Assembly (NCBI GenBank): GCA_021372615.1
Contig: JAJFUB010000034.1
Location: forward strand, 34,927 to 98,926
Reading direction: 5' to 3'
Source of the DNA: a bacterium
GTDB taxonomy: Bacteria; Armatimonadota; Zipacnadia; Zipacnadales; UBA11051
Length of the DNA stretch: 64,000 nt
Positions 43,804 to 52,701 of this stretch are shown piece after piece. The notes below the pieces were generated by a model. The model searched no databases and was not told where the DNA came from. It saw only the letters and a list, made by a program, of their open reading frames with translations. The position numbers and the translations under genes were made by a program. Position 1 is the stretch's first letter. Each line of letters begins with the position of its first letter.

Positions 43804-45954
43804 TCACCGCACAGGCTCACGGCTAACCCAGAGCCCGTCGTAACCGGCGGGCAATAGCGCATGGCCTCGGTGCTCAGCCATCAGGCAGGGGTTGCCGGCG
43901 ATAGTGAACTCATCCAGGAGCCGCGGCTGCTTCGGCTCGCCAAGATCCACGATGGTCACGTGGCCTTCAGCGCGGTCAGTCAGGTACAGGGTGTTTCCGA
44001 CCACGACCGGCTTGCCGGTCAGCCGGTGGCCCGCGAGGCCATGGTGCGGCAGCTGTCCCAGGGGACGACGGTCACCCCGCGTGATGATCGTGTACTGACC
44101 GTGAGGTTCGGTGAGCAGCCCGTGGACACCATCGGGCATCACGGCCAGGCCGTTGGTGGGATGCATGGGACCGGGCAGGACGTCGCCCGAGAAGACCGGC
44201 TGGGGGCCGCCGGTCAGGTCAAACCAGTGCGTTCCGCTCACATGCCAGGTGCAGGCCGCGTAGCGCCCCTCGAACAGGCCGTCGGTGATGTTATAGCCGT
44301 AGAGCAGGCCAAGGCGCTGGTCGTGGAACACCTCGCGCGGGTGAGCGGGATCGCTGACATCAAGGATGACCAAGGTGTTCGCGCCCACGTCAATCAGCGC
44401 GAGGGCAAGGCCCGGCGGGACGACCACCTGTTTGACGGACCTGCCCGGCACAGTGAAGCGCCCCTGCAACGCCAACTCCCCGCCGGCCCCGATGCGCCAG
44501 ATTGACAACCCACCGCGCCCCTCGGCCACATAGAGCAGACCGCCGCGCTGTTTGGCGTCTACCGCGAACCCCTCCGTCGGGTAGACCGCTAGTCGCTTGA
44601 GCTCGGGCCACAGGCTGACCCGGTGCAGTCCGGCAACGCCGCACGCGACGAAGGCGTAGTCATCCCGAGCCGTCACGGCGAAGACCTGACCCTCCGGTTG
44701 GTAAATGCTCCAGCCATCGCGCTGCGGTGGCGTGGCCGGGGGAATCTGAACGGCGAGACCAGGCTGCGGGGCGACCGGCCGCGCCATCGGGGCCTCGAGC
44801 ACGTGCAGATCGGTCCACAGCCCGGCCGCATAGACGACGCCCTGGCCGATGGCGAACCCACCGATGGGGGCGGTGTCTTGCCGTTGCTCGATGTAGGGCA
44901 GACGATGGTGGGCCACCACTCGCGGATGGGCCGGGTCCTTCACCTCAATGACGAACAGGCCGCCGTGGTTATCTCCCACATAGACGAACTCACCGGAAAG
45001 CTGCGCATCCCACATGTCCACGCGCAGGCGGTAGAAAGGCGGAAACGGCACCCGCGCGACCGTCTTGGGCTGGCGCGCATCGCTGACATCGAGCACTTCC
45101 AGACCGTGGCCCGCGCCGTAGCGCGGATCGTCGTTGCTGCTGGGCCTCCCCGTGCCGTGGTGATGGCCGGTCGCGGCGAAGCAATGGCCGCCGCGCACAT
45201 CCAGCCCGTCGCCGTAACCGCCAAGCGGCGCATGGGACACGACGGTGGGCAGCCGGGGGTTGCCGACGTCGCAGATCACGACCTCCCGTGTGCCCCATAC
45301 CCCCACGTACAGCATGCAGCCGCGCACGACGCATGACTGCGCCTCGCCGGTCCTGACCGTGCTCAAGTGGCGGGGCTGCGCAGGATCGCGCACGTCCACC
45401 AACTCGACGCCGTAGTGCCGGCAGGCGACGTACACGATCGACCCGCTGACCTCCAGCCCGGTGGCGAGTTCAATCGTGTTGTAGTGGCTGATCAGCCGCG
45501 GCGCCGCCGCGTCCGACGCGTCGATGATGAACAGACCATCCTCGCGGGCAGTGACGAACACACGGTCGCCGCGAACCACGATCTGCCGGTTGTTGCCGAG
45601 ATTGTCGAGACTGCCCAGCACCCTGGGGTGTTGGGGGTCAGACACGCTGCAGACCCACAGGCGCTGCGGCCCGATCACGTAGAGCTTGTCGCCCGCGAGG
45701 GCTGCGTCCATGCAGGGCCCGATCCCGACAGTCCCCACCTCGCGCAGCGGAGGCCCGTAGAGGGAGGAGCTGATCTCGCCCAGGGGCGTGGACTGAGGGT
45801 AGGCGACCATCGTGCCGACACCTCCACACAGCAGCATCGCATAGAGGCAGCGGGCGAGGGCTCGTCGTCGCACACCCGACGTGTTGTGACTGCGCCCCAC
45901 CTTGGTGGCCGTGCGCCCTGTCTCGTCTGAGCTCAGGTCACAAGCCGCTGCCAT
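43804..45954 (-). CDS. LVIVD-repeat beta-propeller protein (secreted/cell-surface, function unknown)
   Basis: Repeated LVIVD-type strands (LYVIG, VYVAC, LYVGV, VYVGD, LFVIEV, AFVACG, LLYVAE, LVILDVSDPAHP). ATG 45954 (second Met of the track ORF) overlaps the stop of relic C. Confidence 0.55.
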   Translation of the reverse strand: MAAACDLSSDETGRTATKVGRSHNTSGVRRRALARCLYAMLLCGGVGTMVAYPQSTPLGEISSSLYGPPLREVGTVGIGPCMDAALAGDKLYVIGPQRLWVCSVSDPQHPRVLGSLDNLGNNRQIVVRGDRVFVTAREDGLFIIDASDAAAPRLISHYNTIELATGLEVSGSIVYVACRHYGVELVDVRDPAQPRHLSTVRTGEAQSCVVRGCMLYVGVWGTREVVICDVGNPRLPTVVSHAPLGGYGDGLDVRGGHCFAATGHHHGTGRPSSNDDPRYGAGHGLEVLDVSDARQPKTVARVPFPPFYRLRVDMWDAQLSGEFVYVGDNHGGLFVIEVKDPAHPRVVAHHRLPYIEQRQDTAPIGGFAIGQGVVYAAGLWTDLHVLEAPMARPVAPQPGLAVQIPPATPPQRDGWSIYQPEGQVFAVTARDDYAFVACGVAGLHRVSLWPELKRLAVYPTEGFAVDAKQRGGLLYVAEGRGGLSIWRIGAGGELALQGRFTVPGRSVKQVVVPPGLALALIDVGANTLVILDVSDPAHPREVFHDQRLGLLYGYNITDGLFEGRYAACTWHVSGTHWFDLTGGPQPVFSGDVLPGPMHPTNGLAVMPDGVHGLLTEPHGQYTIITRGDRRPLGQLPHHGLAGHRLTGKPVVVGNTLYLTDRAEGHVTIVDLGEPKQPRLLDEFTIAGNPCLMAEHRGHALLPAGYDGLWVSREPVR

Positions 45955-46223
45955 CACAGGTACTTCCCAACAAACTCATGCGCCTTGTTGTTCGCGAACA
46001 TGTGCTCTCCGGGATGGATGTCCACCCACAGGTCCTCCTCTACCCCCGCCGCCGCGTAGATCCTCTGGAGCGCCTCAAACCCCGCGAGCTGGTCCTCAAT
46101 GAAGAAGCAGGTGTCGTACACGCCCATCTCGATCAGCAGGGGCCGCGGGGCGATCAGCCCGGCGATGTCGTGCACATCGAAGTACTTGTAGATCTGGGGG
46201 ACTGTCGGGCGATGTGACGACAA
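45954..46223 (-). pseudogene. Relic C: 5'-truncated duplicate of esterase gene 3' end (89 codons, ~90% nt identity to 49334-49600)
   Basis: Translation ...VPQIYKYFDVHDIAGLIAPRPLLIEMGVYDTCFFIEDQLAGFEALQRIYAAAGVEEDLWVDIHPGEHMFANNKAHEFVGKYL is near-identical to the esterase C-terminus. Homology breaks at ~46200. Confidence 0.7.
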
Positions 46224-46310
46224 TAGTTGAGATCACCCCGGTGCGACTGCACCTACCGGCGAGATCCTGCAGCGGACACAGTAACCGCCACTAGCAGCAC
46301 GTCGGCTGCG

Positions 46311-46375
46311 GGTACTCTCCCACGAACCTATGCGCCTCGTCTTCCGCGGACCGGGTGCATGTCGTGCTCTGCAGG
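46311..46375 (-). pseudogene. Relic E: frameshifted decayed copy of esterase 3' end (…EHDMHP… / …AEDEAHRFVGEY…)
   Basis: DNA ggtactctcccacgaacctatgcgcctcgtcttccgcggaccgggtgcatgtcgtgctctgcagg aligns with the esterase 3' end gatacttcccaaagaactcatgcgccttgttgttggcgaacatgtgctcaccggg. Lies just downstream of the GHL10 stop. Confidence 0.4.
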
Positions 46376-46412
46376 CGTTACCCCTCCGCCAAGAAGGCTA
46401 TGGACTATGGCG

Positions 46413-49148
46413 CTACTGCTGGCCCCGACCAGCAGACAGATACTCCCTGCTGCGGACCATGAACGCCTGGCTCGTGCCATCCACAAAGACCATCGCCCCC
46501 GCCGCAGCCACGCGCTGGCCGCCTCCATCTGCAGTTGCCGTCAACCGCACCGTCGCGCTCTTGCCCGGAGCCGGCAGTTCGCCCAGATCGGCCAGCTTCC
46601 TGCCCCCCATGTCCTGCAACTGCAGCCGCCCACTGAAGCTCTTGACTGCCTGGCGGTGCTGGCCCGGCCCGACGACCGTGACCCTCACCCCCCCACCCGC
46701 CACGTCCTCGAAACGCAAATGGGGCCCGTTTTGCGGGATGCTCGCGGGTTTTGAGGTGATCCCTTCCGCGAACTTAGGCAGGCCCTGCATCGCGAGGTCG
46801 TTGCCCATGTTGAAGAGAGCGAAACCGTCAGCGCCGAGGTTCCGCCCCATCTCCATCTGGCCCACAACCGCCTCATCGGGATTGATGAACGAGCCGATTC
46901 CAGGATACAGCGGCACCGTCGCGCCAAGCAGGCTCAGTTGCCCGCGCACCACTGTCTGGAAGGTCTCGTCGTTCACTTCGTAGTCCATCGGGCAGACGAA
47001 ATCCAGGTACCCCTGCTTGCACCACAGCACCCAGTCCTGCCCCAATCTGTCTCTGCAGGCGGGGTAGTCACCGATGGCTGCGGCCGACAACTTGATCCAC
47101 GGCTTGAGCCGGTGAGCAGCCTCCGAGACTGCTTTCACCAGCCGGGTAATCTGGTCGCAACGGAACTGGCGATACTCGGCCTTCAGCGGTCCGCTGTAGC
47201 AGTCCTCCGGCCACTTGGCGATCTTGGCGCCATGCACTGCCTCGAAGCGTTCACGGCAGCCGTCGCAGTAGCAGCTTTCCTCGTCGGGATAGCGGATGTA
47301 GTCGAACTGGAGGCCGTCCATGTCATAGTTGCGCAGCACCTCGAGCAACGCGTCCCGCTCGAGTTCGAAGTTCTTGGGGTGCGAAGGGCATAGCCAGAGA
47401 ATCTCCTCGCCCTTGGCATTGGCCTGCAGGCGGTGCTCAGCGCGCATGCGGCCCACGAAGCTCTCAGGCCCGTCCGGCAAGTACATCACACTCCAACATA
47501 CCTTCCACACATGCACCTCCAGGCCGTACTTCTTGCCTGCCGCCACACACTGGGCGATCTGGTCCCCCTTCTCCTTGAAGTCATCCGAGTGTGGCAGGAG
47601 CTTGCTGTCGTAGTGCGCGAAGCCGCCACCCAGCATGTTGGGCACTACTGTGTTGAAGCCCGCCGCCTTCAGTCGCCGCATCGCCGTGTCCCAGGCGCCA
47701 CAGTCTCCGGTGCCGGAAGCGTTCCAGACGGCGCGGAATTCCACCGTGCGCGACTTGTGGGCCACGAAGTACGCCTCGGCAAGCGCGTCATGGAACTTCT
47801 CTGCCGCCGCTTGCGCCTCTGGATAGCGCTTGTCCGCGAGCAGTCGCCGGGCCGTCGCCTCGGCCACAGTGGCCTGCGCCAATGCCGCCTTCACTTTCGC
47901 GGCAAACGCAGGGTCTTTCTGCGCTGTAGCGACAAAGGCGTCGAACTCGGCCGGGGTCTTGAAGGGGCGTATGTTCCGCGCCTTGGCCAGGTCGCCACTC
48001 ACGACGGCCTCCCATGCCTCGGGTACAAAATGGCCGACCAGCGCCCTTACGAAGGCCAGTTTGGATGCCATTGGCTCCGCGTCAGCCAGTATCTGGCCCA
48101 TGAAGGCCCCATTGTCGCTCACGAGGACTGCGGGGCCTTGGTCCTGCCCTTTCTTGTCGCGCCAGATGCCGATCACGCGGGCGTTGTGTGTCGGCCCCGC
48201 CGCGAAACTCATCTTGCACATCGAGTTCTGAACCATGCTGCTAGGCAGGCCGGGGAGGGCATCGGGCGTGAAGGCTATCTCTGCGAAGTCGTCACGCTTC
48301 ATCCGCTGCGCAAACGAGCGGTTGGCGAGACCAAGCAAGTCCGCCACAGCATCCGGCGCTGCGAAGGCGAACATCACCTTCCCGCCGCCCGCCACGAAGC
48401 CCCTGATCTGCTCAACTGCCTTGTCGCTGAGTTCAGGGCTGAAGGGGAAGATTGCCAGCTTCTGGCCGTGAAGTGTGCCGCTCTCGAGGTCGGTCTCCCC
48501 GATCACATCATGCGCCACGCCGACCTTGGTGAGGAGCCCGCGAAGCATCGTCTCGGCCCACTTGGCCCCGCCAGTGCCTCTGACGCCCTTCATCGAGCCG
48601 GAGATCACGACGACGTCATCCCAACGTGCCTGCAGGTTATCCAGCGCGCAGAAGGTATCCGCAGCATGGGTATCGAGGGGCCAGATGCTGATACGGATGG
48701 CATCCACCGTGTCCCATCCGCCGACATTCCCCTGGGGGAAGAACATGCTCTTGTCCAGCACCACATGCTTCCAGCCCTTGGTCGGGATGAACCAGCCGTG
48801 GTACCAAGCCTGTCCGCTGCGGAAATACAGAGTGCCGCTCTTTACGACCGTCGGGTCGTCGCAGTAGAGGTCGAAGGTGATGGTGCGGGCGCGCGACAGG
48901 TCGAGCTTGACCTGCTTGTCAAACGACCCGCGCTCCAATCCTGGGTCGGTGAAGGGGCAGGGCAGCTTCAAGGCCATACCGTCGTCATGGGGCATGATCT
49001 CGGCCGGGCGCGAGCCATTCGCGTCCACCCAGGCGGCCCGCAAGGCCGCGACATCCGGGTAGTTGAAGTCATCAATGGTGCTGACTTCGGCTGCCAGACA
49101 TCCCCCGGCCATCGCCAGCAAGGAGAGCCCGAGCAATGTCGTGCGCAT
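46413..49148 (-). CDS. Secreted glycoside-hydrolase-like family 10 (GHL10 / DUF187, PF02638-like) TIM-barrel protein with N-terminal accessory domains
   Basis: ATG 49148 follows AGGAGG and encodes signal peptide MRTTLLGLSLLAMAGGCLAA. GHL10 hallmark YDMDGLQFDYIRYPDEESCYCDGCRERFE. The upstream extension to 49241 and antisense ORF 47433-49274 were rejected. Confidence 0.6.
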   Translation of the reverse strand: MRTTLLGLSLLAMAGGCLAAEVSTIDDFNYPDVAALRAAWVDANGSRPAEIMPHDDGMALKLPCPFTDPGLERGSFDKQVKLDLSRARTITFDLYCDDPTVVKSGTLYFRSGQAWYHGWFIPTKGWKHVVLDKSMFFPQGNVGGWDTVDAIRISIWPLDTHAADTFCALDNLQARWDDVVVISGSMKGVRGTGGAKWAETMLRGLLTKVGVAHDVIGETDLESGTLHGQKLAIFPFSPELSDKAVEQIRGFVAGGGKVMFAFAAPDAVADLLGLANRSFAQRMKRDDFAEIAFTPDALPGLPSSMVQNSMCKMSFAAGPTHNARVIGIWRDKKGQDQGPAVLVSDNGAFMGQILADAEPMASKLAFVRALVGHFVPEAWEAVVSGDLAKARNIRPFKTPAEFDAFVATAQKDPAFAAKVKAALAQATVAEATARRLLADKRYPEAQAAAEKFHDALAEAYFVAHKSRTVEFRAVWNASGTGDCGAWDTAMRRLKAAGFNTVVPNMLGGGFAHYDSKLLPHSDDFKEKGDQIAQCVAAGKKYGLEVHVWKVCWSVMYLPDGPESFVGRMRAEHRLQANAKGEEILWLCPSHPKNFELERDALLEVLRNYDMDGLQFDYIRYPDEESCYCDGCRERFEAVHGAKIAKWPEDCYSGPLKAEYRQFRCDQITRLVKAVSEAAHRLKPWIKLSAAAIGDYPACRDRLGQDWVLWCKQGYLDFVCPMDYEVNDETFQTVVRGQLSLLGATVPLYPGIGSFINPDEAVVGQMEMGRNLGADGFALFNMGNDLAMQGLPKFAEGITSKPASIPQNGPHLRFEDVAGGGVRVTVVGPGQHRQAVKSFSGRLQLQDMGGRKLADLGELPAPGKSATVRLTATADGGGQRVAAAGAMVFVDGTSQAFMVRSREYLSAGRGQQ

Positions 49149-49333
49149 GGTTCGCCTCCTGTGGTATGGGCCAGCCGCACTTCCGTGGCAGGGAAGCCCA
49201 ACCTGCCAACAAACAGAAGCCGACCCATCGGGCTCCGGCAAGTTGGGGCGGGGCGGAGGCGAATTCTACCGTGAGAATGGTCTCCCAATCCGTTGTCGCC
49301 AAAGGCCATTCCCGCAGGCCATAGCCGCCTCAC

Positions 49334-50371
49334 CTACAGATACTTCCCAAAGAACTCATGCGCCTTGTTGTTGGCGAACATGTGCTCACCGGGGTGGATG
49401 TCCGCCCACAAGTCCTCCTCGGCCCCCGCCGCCGCGTAGATCTTCTTCAGCGCCTCCCAGCCCGCAAGCTGGTCCTCAATGAAGAAGCACGTGTCGTATA
49501 CGCCCATCTCGATCAGCAGGGGCCGCGGGGCGATGAGACCGGCGATGTCGTGCACATCGAAGTACTTGTAGATCTGCGGCACCATCTGGCTGCCGCACCA
49601 GTTGGCTCGGTTGATCGCGAACCCCTGCCACGGGTTCAGGTAGCCGATGATGTCGGCGCACTTGATCCGCGGCTCGGCGGCCGTGGCGAAGGTCGTCATC
49701 GTCCCGCCCTGGCTCAGGCCCATCATCCCGATGCGGTCTGGGTCCACCTCTGCCCGCGTCTGCAGGTAGTCCACGCAGCACTTCATGTCCCAGATGTTGA
49801 GCATCAGCGTGTAGACGCCGAACATCGCGCCGCGCAGGAAGTGGACATTGCACTTGTCGCGGCCGGGGTACGGGTTGTTGCCGTCGGCCCGCTCGCCGAA
49901 GACCCGCAGGTCCGGGCTGATCGTCAGGTAGCCATCCAGGGCCATGATCTCGCCGTAGTTGTAGTTGTGCTGGGTGATGCTGGCGGCCATGTCGGGCGTG
50001 GTGCGGTTGCCCGCGACGGGCTCCTTGCCGTACAGGCCGTGCCCGTGGCTGCACAGGATCGCGGGGTTGCTCCCATCGGTCGGCATGTCCTTGTGGCGCA
50101 GGACGATGCAGGGCACGGACATGTGCTCTTCGGAGTCGAAGATGACCCGCTCGCGGACCAGTCCGCTGGGCTCCTCGACGCTGAAGATGACCTCGGGCTC
50201 AGGGTCCACCGGCTCGGGGAAATCCCCGAGCAGCTCGAAGAACTTCTCACTGGCCTTGGCCTGCCAGTCCTCGAACTCAGCCAGGCTCGAGCCCCGGAAG
50301 GTGAGCAGCGGCGTCCAGTTCTCCGCCATCTTGTTGAAGTATGCGATCATCGAGAAGTTGCGCTTGGCCAT
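49334..50371 (-). CDS. Alpha/beta-hydrolase fold esterase (dienelactone hydrolase / acetyl-xylan-esterase-like)
   Basis: Nucleophile elbow GLSQGG with acid/His region ...DTCFFIED...HPGEHMF. ATG 50371 (MAKRNF...) has better RBS spacing than GTG 50380. Confidence 0.6.
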   Translation of the reverse strand: MAKRNFSMIAYFNKMAENWTPLLTFRGSSLAEFEDWQAKASEKFFELLGDFPEPVDPEPEVIFSVEEPSGLVRERVIFDSEEHMSVPCIVLRHKDMPTDGSNPAILCSHGHGLYGKEPVAGNRTTPDMAASITQHNYNYGEIMALDGYLTISPDLRVFGERADGNNPYPGRDKCNVHFLRGAMFGVYTLMLNIWDMKCCVDYLQTRAEVDPDRIGMMGLSQGGTMTTFATAAEPRIKCADIIGYLNPWQGFAINRANWCGSQMVPQIYKYFDVHDIAGLIAPRPLLIEMGVYDTCFFIEDQLAGWEALKKIYAAAGAEEDLWADIHPGEHMFANNKAHEFFGKYL

Positions 50372-50412
50372 CTGCGGCACTCCCTTTCGCCTCGGGTTGG
50401 CAGTATGTCACA

Positions 50413-51516
50413 TCATCGCGTCATCTGCGGGTTGCACATCTCGCCGACGGCCGCGACCATCGCCCGGAAGTTCTCGGGCGGGATAGGCGGGTTGATCTCG
50501 CTGGAGGTGGCGACGAACATGCCGCCGGTGCGCAGGGCGTCGGTCTCGCGGATATGCCGCAGCACCTCGGCCCGGACCTGCTCGGGCGTGCCGCGCTCCA
50601 TCAGGTCCACCCCGTCCACACCGCCGGCCCACACCATCTGCGGCCACGCCTGCTTGAGCCCCACGATCTCCATGCCCACCCCCGGCTCCAGGCAGTAGAA
50701 GCCGTCCACGCCGCAGGCCATCAGGTCCGGCAGGGCCTTCCGGTAGTTGCCGTCGCTGTGGTACAGCACCTTCACCCCGGCCGCGTGCCAGGCGGCGGTC
50801 ACCTGCTCCACGTACGGGTAGTGGAAGCGGGCCAGGAAGTCCGGCGGGAAGATGGGGCCCTGCTTGGTGGCGAAGTCCTCGGCGAGGAGGATGACCGGCG
50901 ACAGCTCGCCGTCCGCGACCGCTCGCACCCACTCCAGGCGCCGCGCTCCGCTGGCCGCCATGTACCGCGCGAAGACCTCGGGGTAGTCGTAGGTGAAGTA
51001 CGAGAACAGCTCCAGGCCCATCGCATCATAGGCGGAACAGAAGCCCACGTCGTGGTACTTGAGGATCACGGTCTCACCGATCTGCGCTTGCAGGCCGGTC
51101 ATGTAGCGGCGCCACTCCGCGCGGGCCGGGGCCGGCTCGATCACCTGGGCCTCGAGCGCCTCGGTCCGTCGCACCAGCCAATCCCGCGCCCCCTCGGTCG
51201 TGTCGAAGGGACGGCTTACGCGCCACGCCGTCCAGTTGTCGTTCTGGTACACGAAGCCGTCTTCCGTCGTGACGCGCCCCGTGCCGCGGGGCGCCACCGG
51301 CGGCATGATGAGGTCGGTGGTCTGGCGGATCACCGCGCAGATGTCCTGCACGGTGTAGTCGAAGCCCTCGATCGTTCTGCCGGTCCAGTCGGCGATGACC
51401 CGCGGGTTGTAGCTGAGCTGCTCCAGGATCGGCACGCGGTCCACCGGCTGCAGGTTCAGGGCGGCCTCGACCCGCTCACGCTTGGACATGACATCGGTGG
51501 GGAAGAGGCGTTCCAT
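50413..51516 (-). CDS. URO-D family protein (third paralogue in window)
   Basis: ATG 51516 follows GGAGG. Translation MERLFPTDVMSKRERVEAALNLQPVDRVPILEQL...YHSDGNYRKALPDLMACGVDGFYCLEP... is typical of URO-D/MtaA TIM-barrel proteins. The upstream extension to 51744 was rejected. Confidence 0.6.
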   Translation of the reverse strand: MERLFPTDVMSKRERVEAALNLQPVDRVPILEQLSYNPRVIADWTGRTIEGFDYTVQDICAVIRQTTDLIMPPVAPRGTGRVTTEDGFVYQNDNWTAWRVSRPFDTTEGARDWLVRRTEALEAQVIEPAPARAEWRRYMTGLQAQIGETVILKYHDVGFCSAYDAMGLELFSYFTYDYPEVFARYMAASGARRLEWVRAVADGELSPVILLAEDFATKQGPIFPPDFLARFHYPYVEQVTAAWHAAGVKVLYHSDGNYRKALPDLMACGVDGFYCLEPGVGMEIVGLKQAWPQMVWAGGVDGVDLMERGTPEQVRAEVLRHIRETDALRTGGMFVATSSEINPPIPPENFRAMVAAVGEMCNPQMTR

Positions 51517-51566
51517 GGGGCGGGGCCTCCACAGGGATGGGAGCGCGGCTGCCAGCGGTCCCGGGG

Positions 51567-52673
51567 CTACCACTTCGCGGGCGCGTAGGCGACTTCGAGG
51601 CGGCTCGTGAGGCCGGGGCGCCCGCAGACATTCACGGGCCGGACCTCCAGCACGTTTTCCCCTTCGCGCAGCGGCCAGTCGAGCGTGGCGGGGCGCGTCT
51701 GCCACACGCCGCCATCCACGCGCGTCTCGAAGTGGTCGAACCACGGCATGCAGTGCTCCAGTGACACGGTCAGGTTCGGCCCGTCGGCCCAGGCAGCCTG
51801 CGCGGACAGGCGCACCATGTTCACCGTCCAGTACAGGTCATCGGGGTTGTCGGTCAGCACGCCCGTGCCGCCAGGGGCGAAGTGGCTGACGAAGCCGGGC
51901 AGGCAGCGCCGGTCGAGCCACGTCCAGCGCCCTACGGTCAGGCGCGCGTAGTAGTCGAGCGCGCGGTGGCGGACGAAGCGCCGGCACAGGTGTGCCGCCT
52001 CCTGCTCGCTGAAGTGGTCCATGTTCGGCATGAGCTTGCTGACCAGCCCGACGTGCTCGCCCACCGGGAGCGTGAACGGGGGCTCCTCCTGCACTACCGT
52101 CACCGCCTCGGCCTCGTGGGCCAGCCACGCCTCGTGTATCTCCAGCGCCGACAGGGGCACGCCGTCGCGCTCGTAGTGCAGGTTGAGGTCCGGGTCGAGG
52201 AGGACCCACTTGCGGTACTGGTTGGACCAGATCTCCGGCACGCTGTGGCCGACGTTGCCGACATTGTGCCCGCGCGGGAAGGCGCTGTCCCGCACACCGA
52301 TGCTCAGCGGCCGCGCCACCCAACCCAGCGCCCGGGCGCCTTCCACGAAGACCCGGCTATAGAAGCCGCAGTTGAAGTGCTCCCCGCGGTCGGCCTCATG
52401 CAGGATGTCCAGGGCATCCCGGACGGTGTTGAAGCATAGCGACCAGCCATGATCCCAGCGCGACCGCACCCACCGCTGTAGCGTGCGCTGGGCCTCAAAC
52501 TCAGTCGCGTAGCCGGCCACGACGTCGTCGAGGCCGTACTCCTCGCGCACCTGCATCGTGCGCGGGGCCAGCGGGTCGCCGTAGTCCATCTGCGTGAAGT
52601 CGCCGACGAAGGCCGGCAGGTCGCAGCGGATGATCTCGAAGTCGCCGGGGATGCCGTGCCTGTCTTCGCTCAT
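51567..52673 (-). CDS. Transglutaminase-like (Cys-His-Asp papain-like) domain protein
   Basis: RBS AAGGAG. Core motif GEHFNCGFYSRVFVEGARALGWVARPL (nucleophile Cys) followed by GHNVGNVGHSVPEIW...VLLDPD (His and Asp). Confidence 0.5.
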   Translation of the reverse strand: MSEDRHGIPGDFEIIRCDLPAFVGDFTQMDYGDPLAPRTMQVREEYGLDDVVAGYATEFEAQRTLQRWVRSRWDHGWSLCFNTVRDALDILHEADRGEHFNCGFYSRVFVEGARALGWVARPLSIGVRDSAFPRGHNVGNVGHSVPEIWSNQYRKWVLLDPDLNLHYERDGVPLSALEIHEAWLAHEAEAVTVVQEEPPFTLPVGEHVGLVSKLMPNMDHFSEQEAAHLCRRFVRHRALDYYARLTVGRWTWLDRRCLPGFVSHFAPGGTGVLTDNPDDLYWTVNMVRLSAQAAWADGPNLTVSLEHCMPWFDHFETRVDGGVWQTRPATLDWPLREGENVLEVRPVNVCGRPGLTSRLEVAYAPAKW

Positions 52674-52701
52674 CGGTCGCTCCTTCCGGGGGCGTCGGGC
52701 C

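Noticed and set aside
47433-50698. Plus-strand ORFs 47433-49274 (613 aa) and 49358-50698 (446 aa)
   Set aside because: Antisense to the GHL10 and esterase/URO-D genes, with no motifs. High-GC artefacts.
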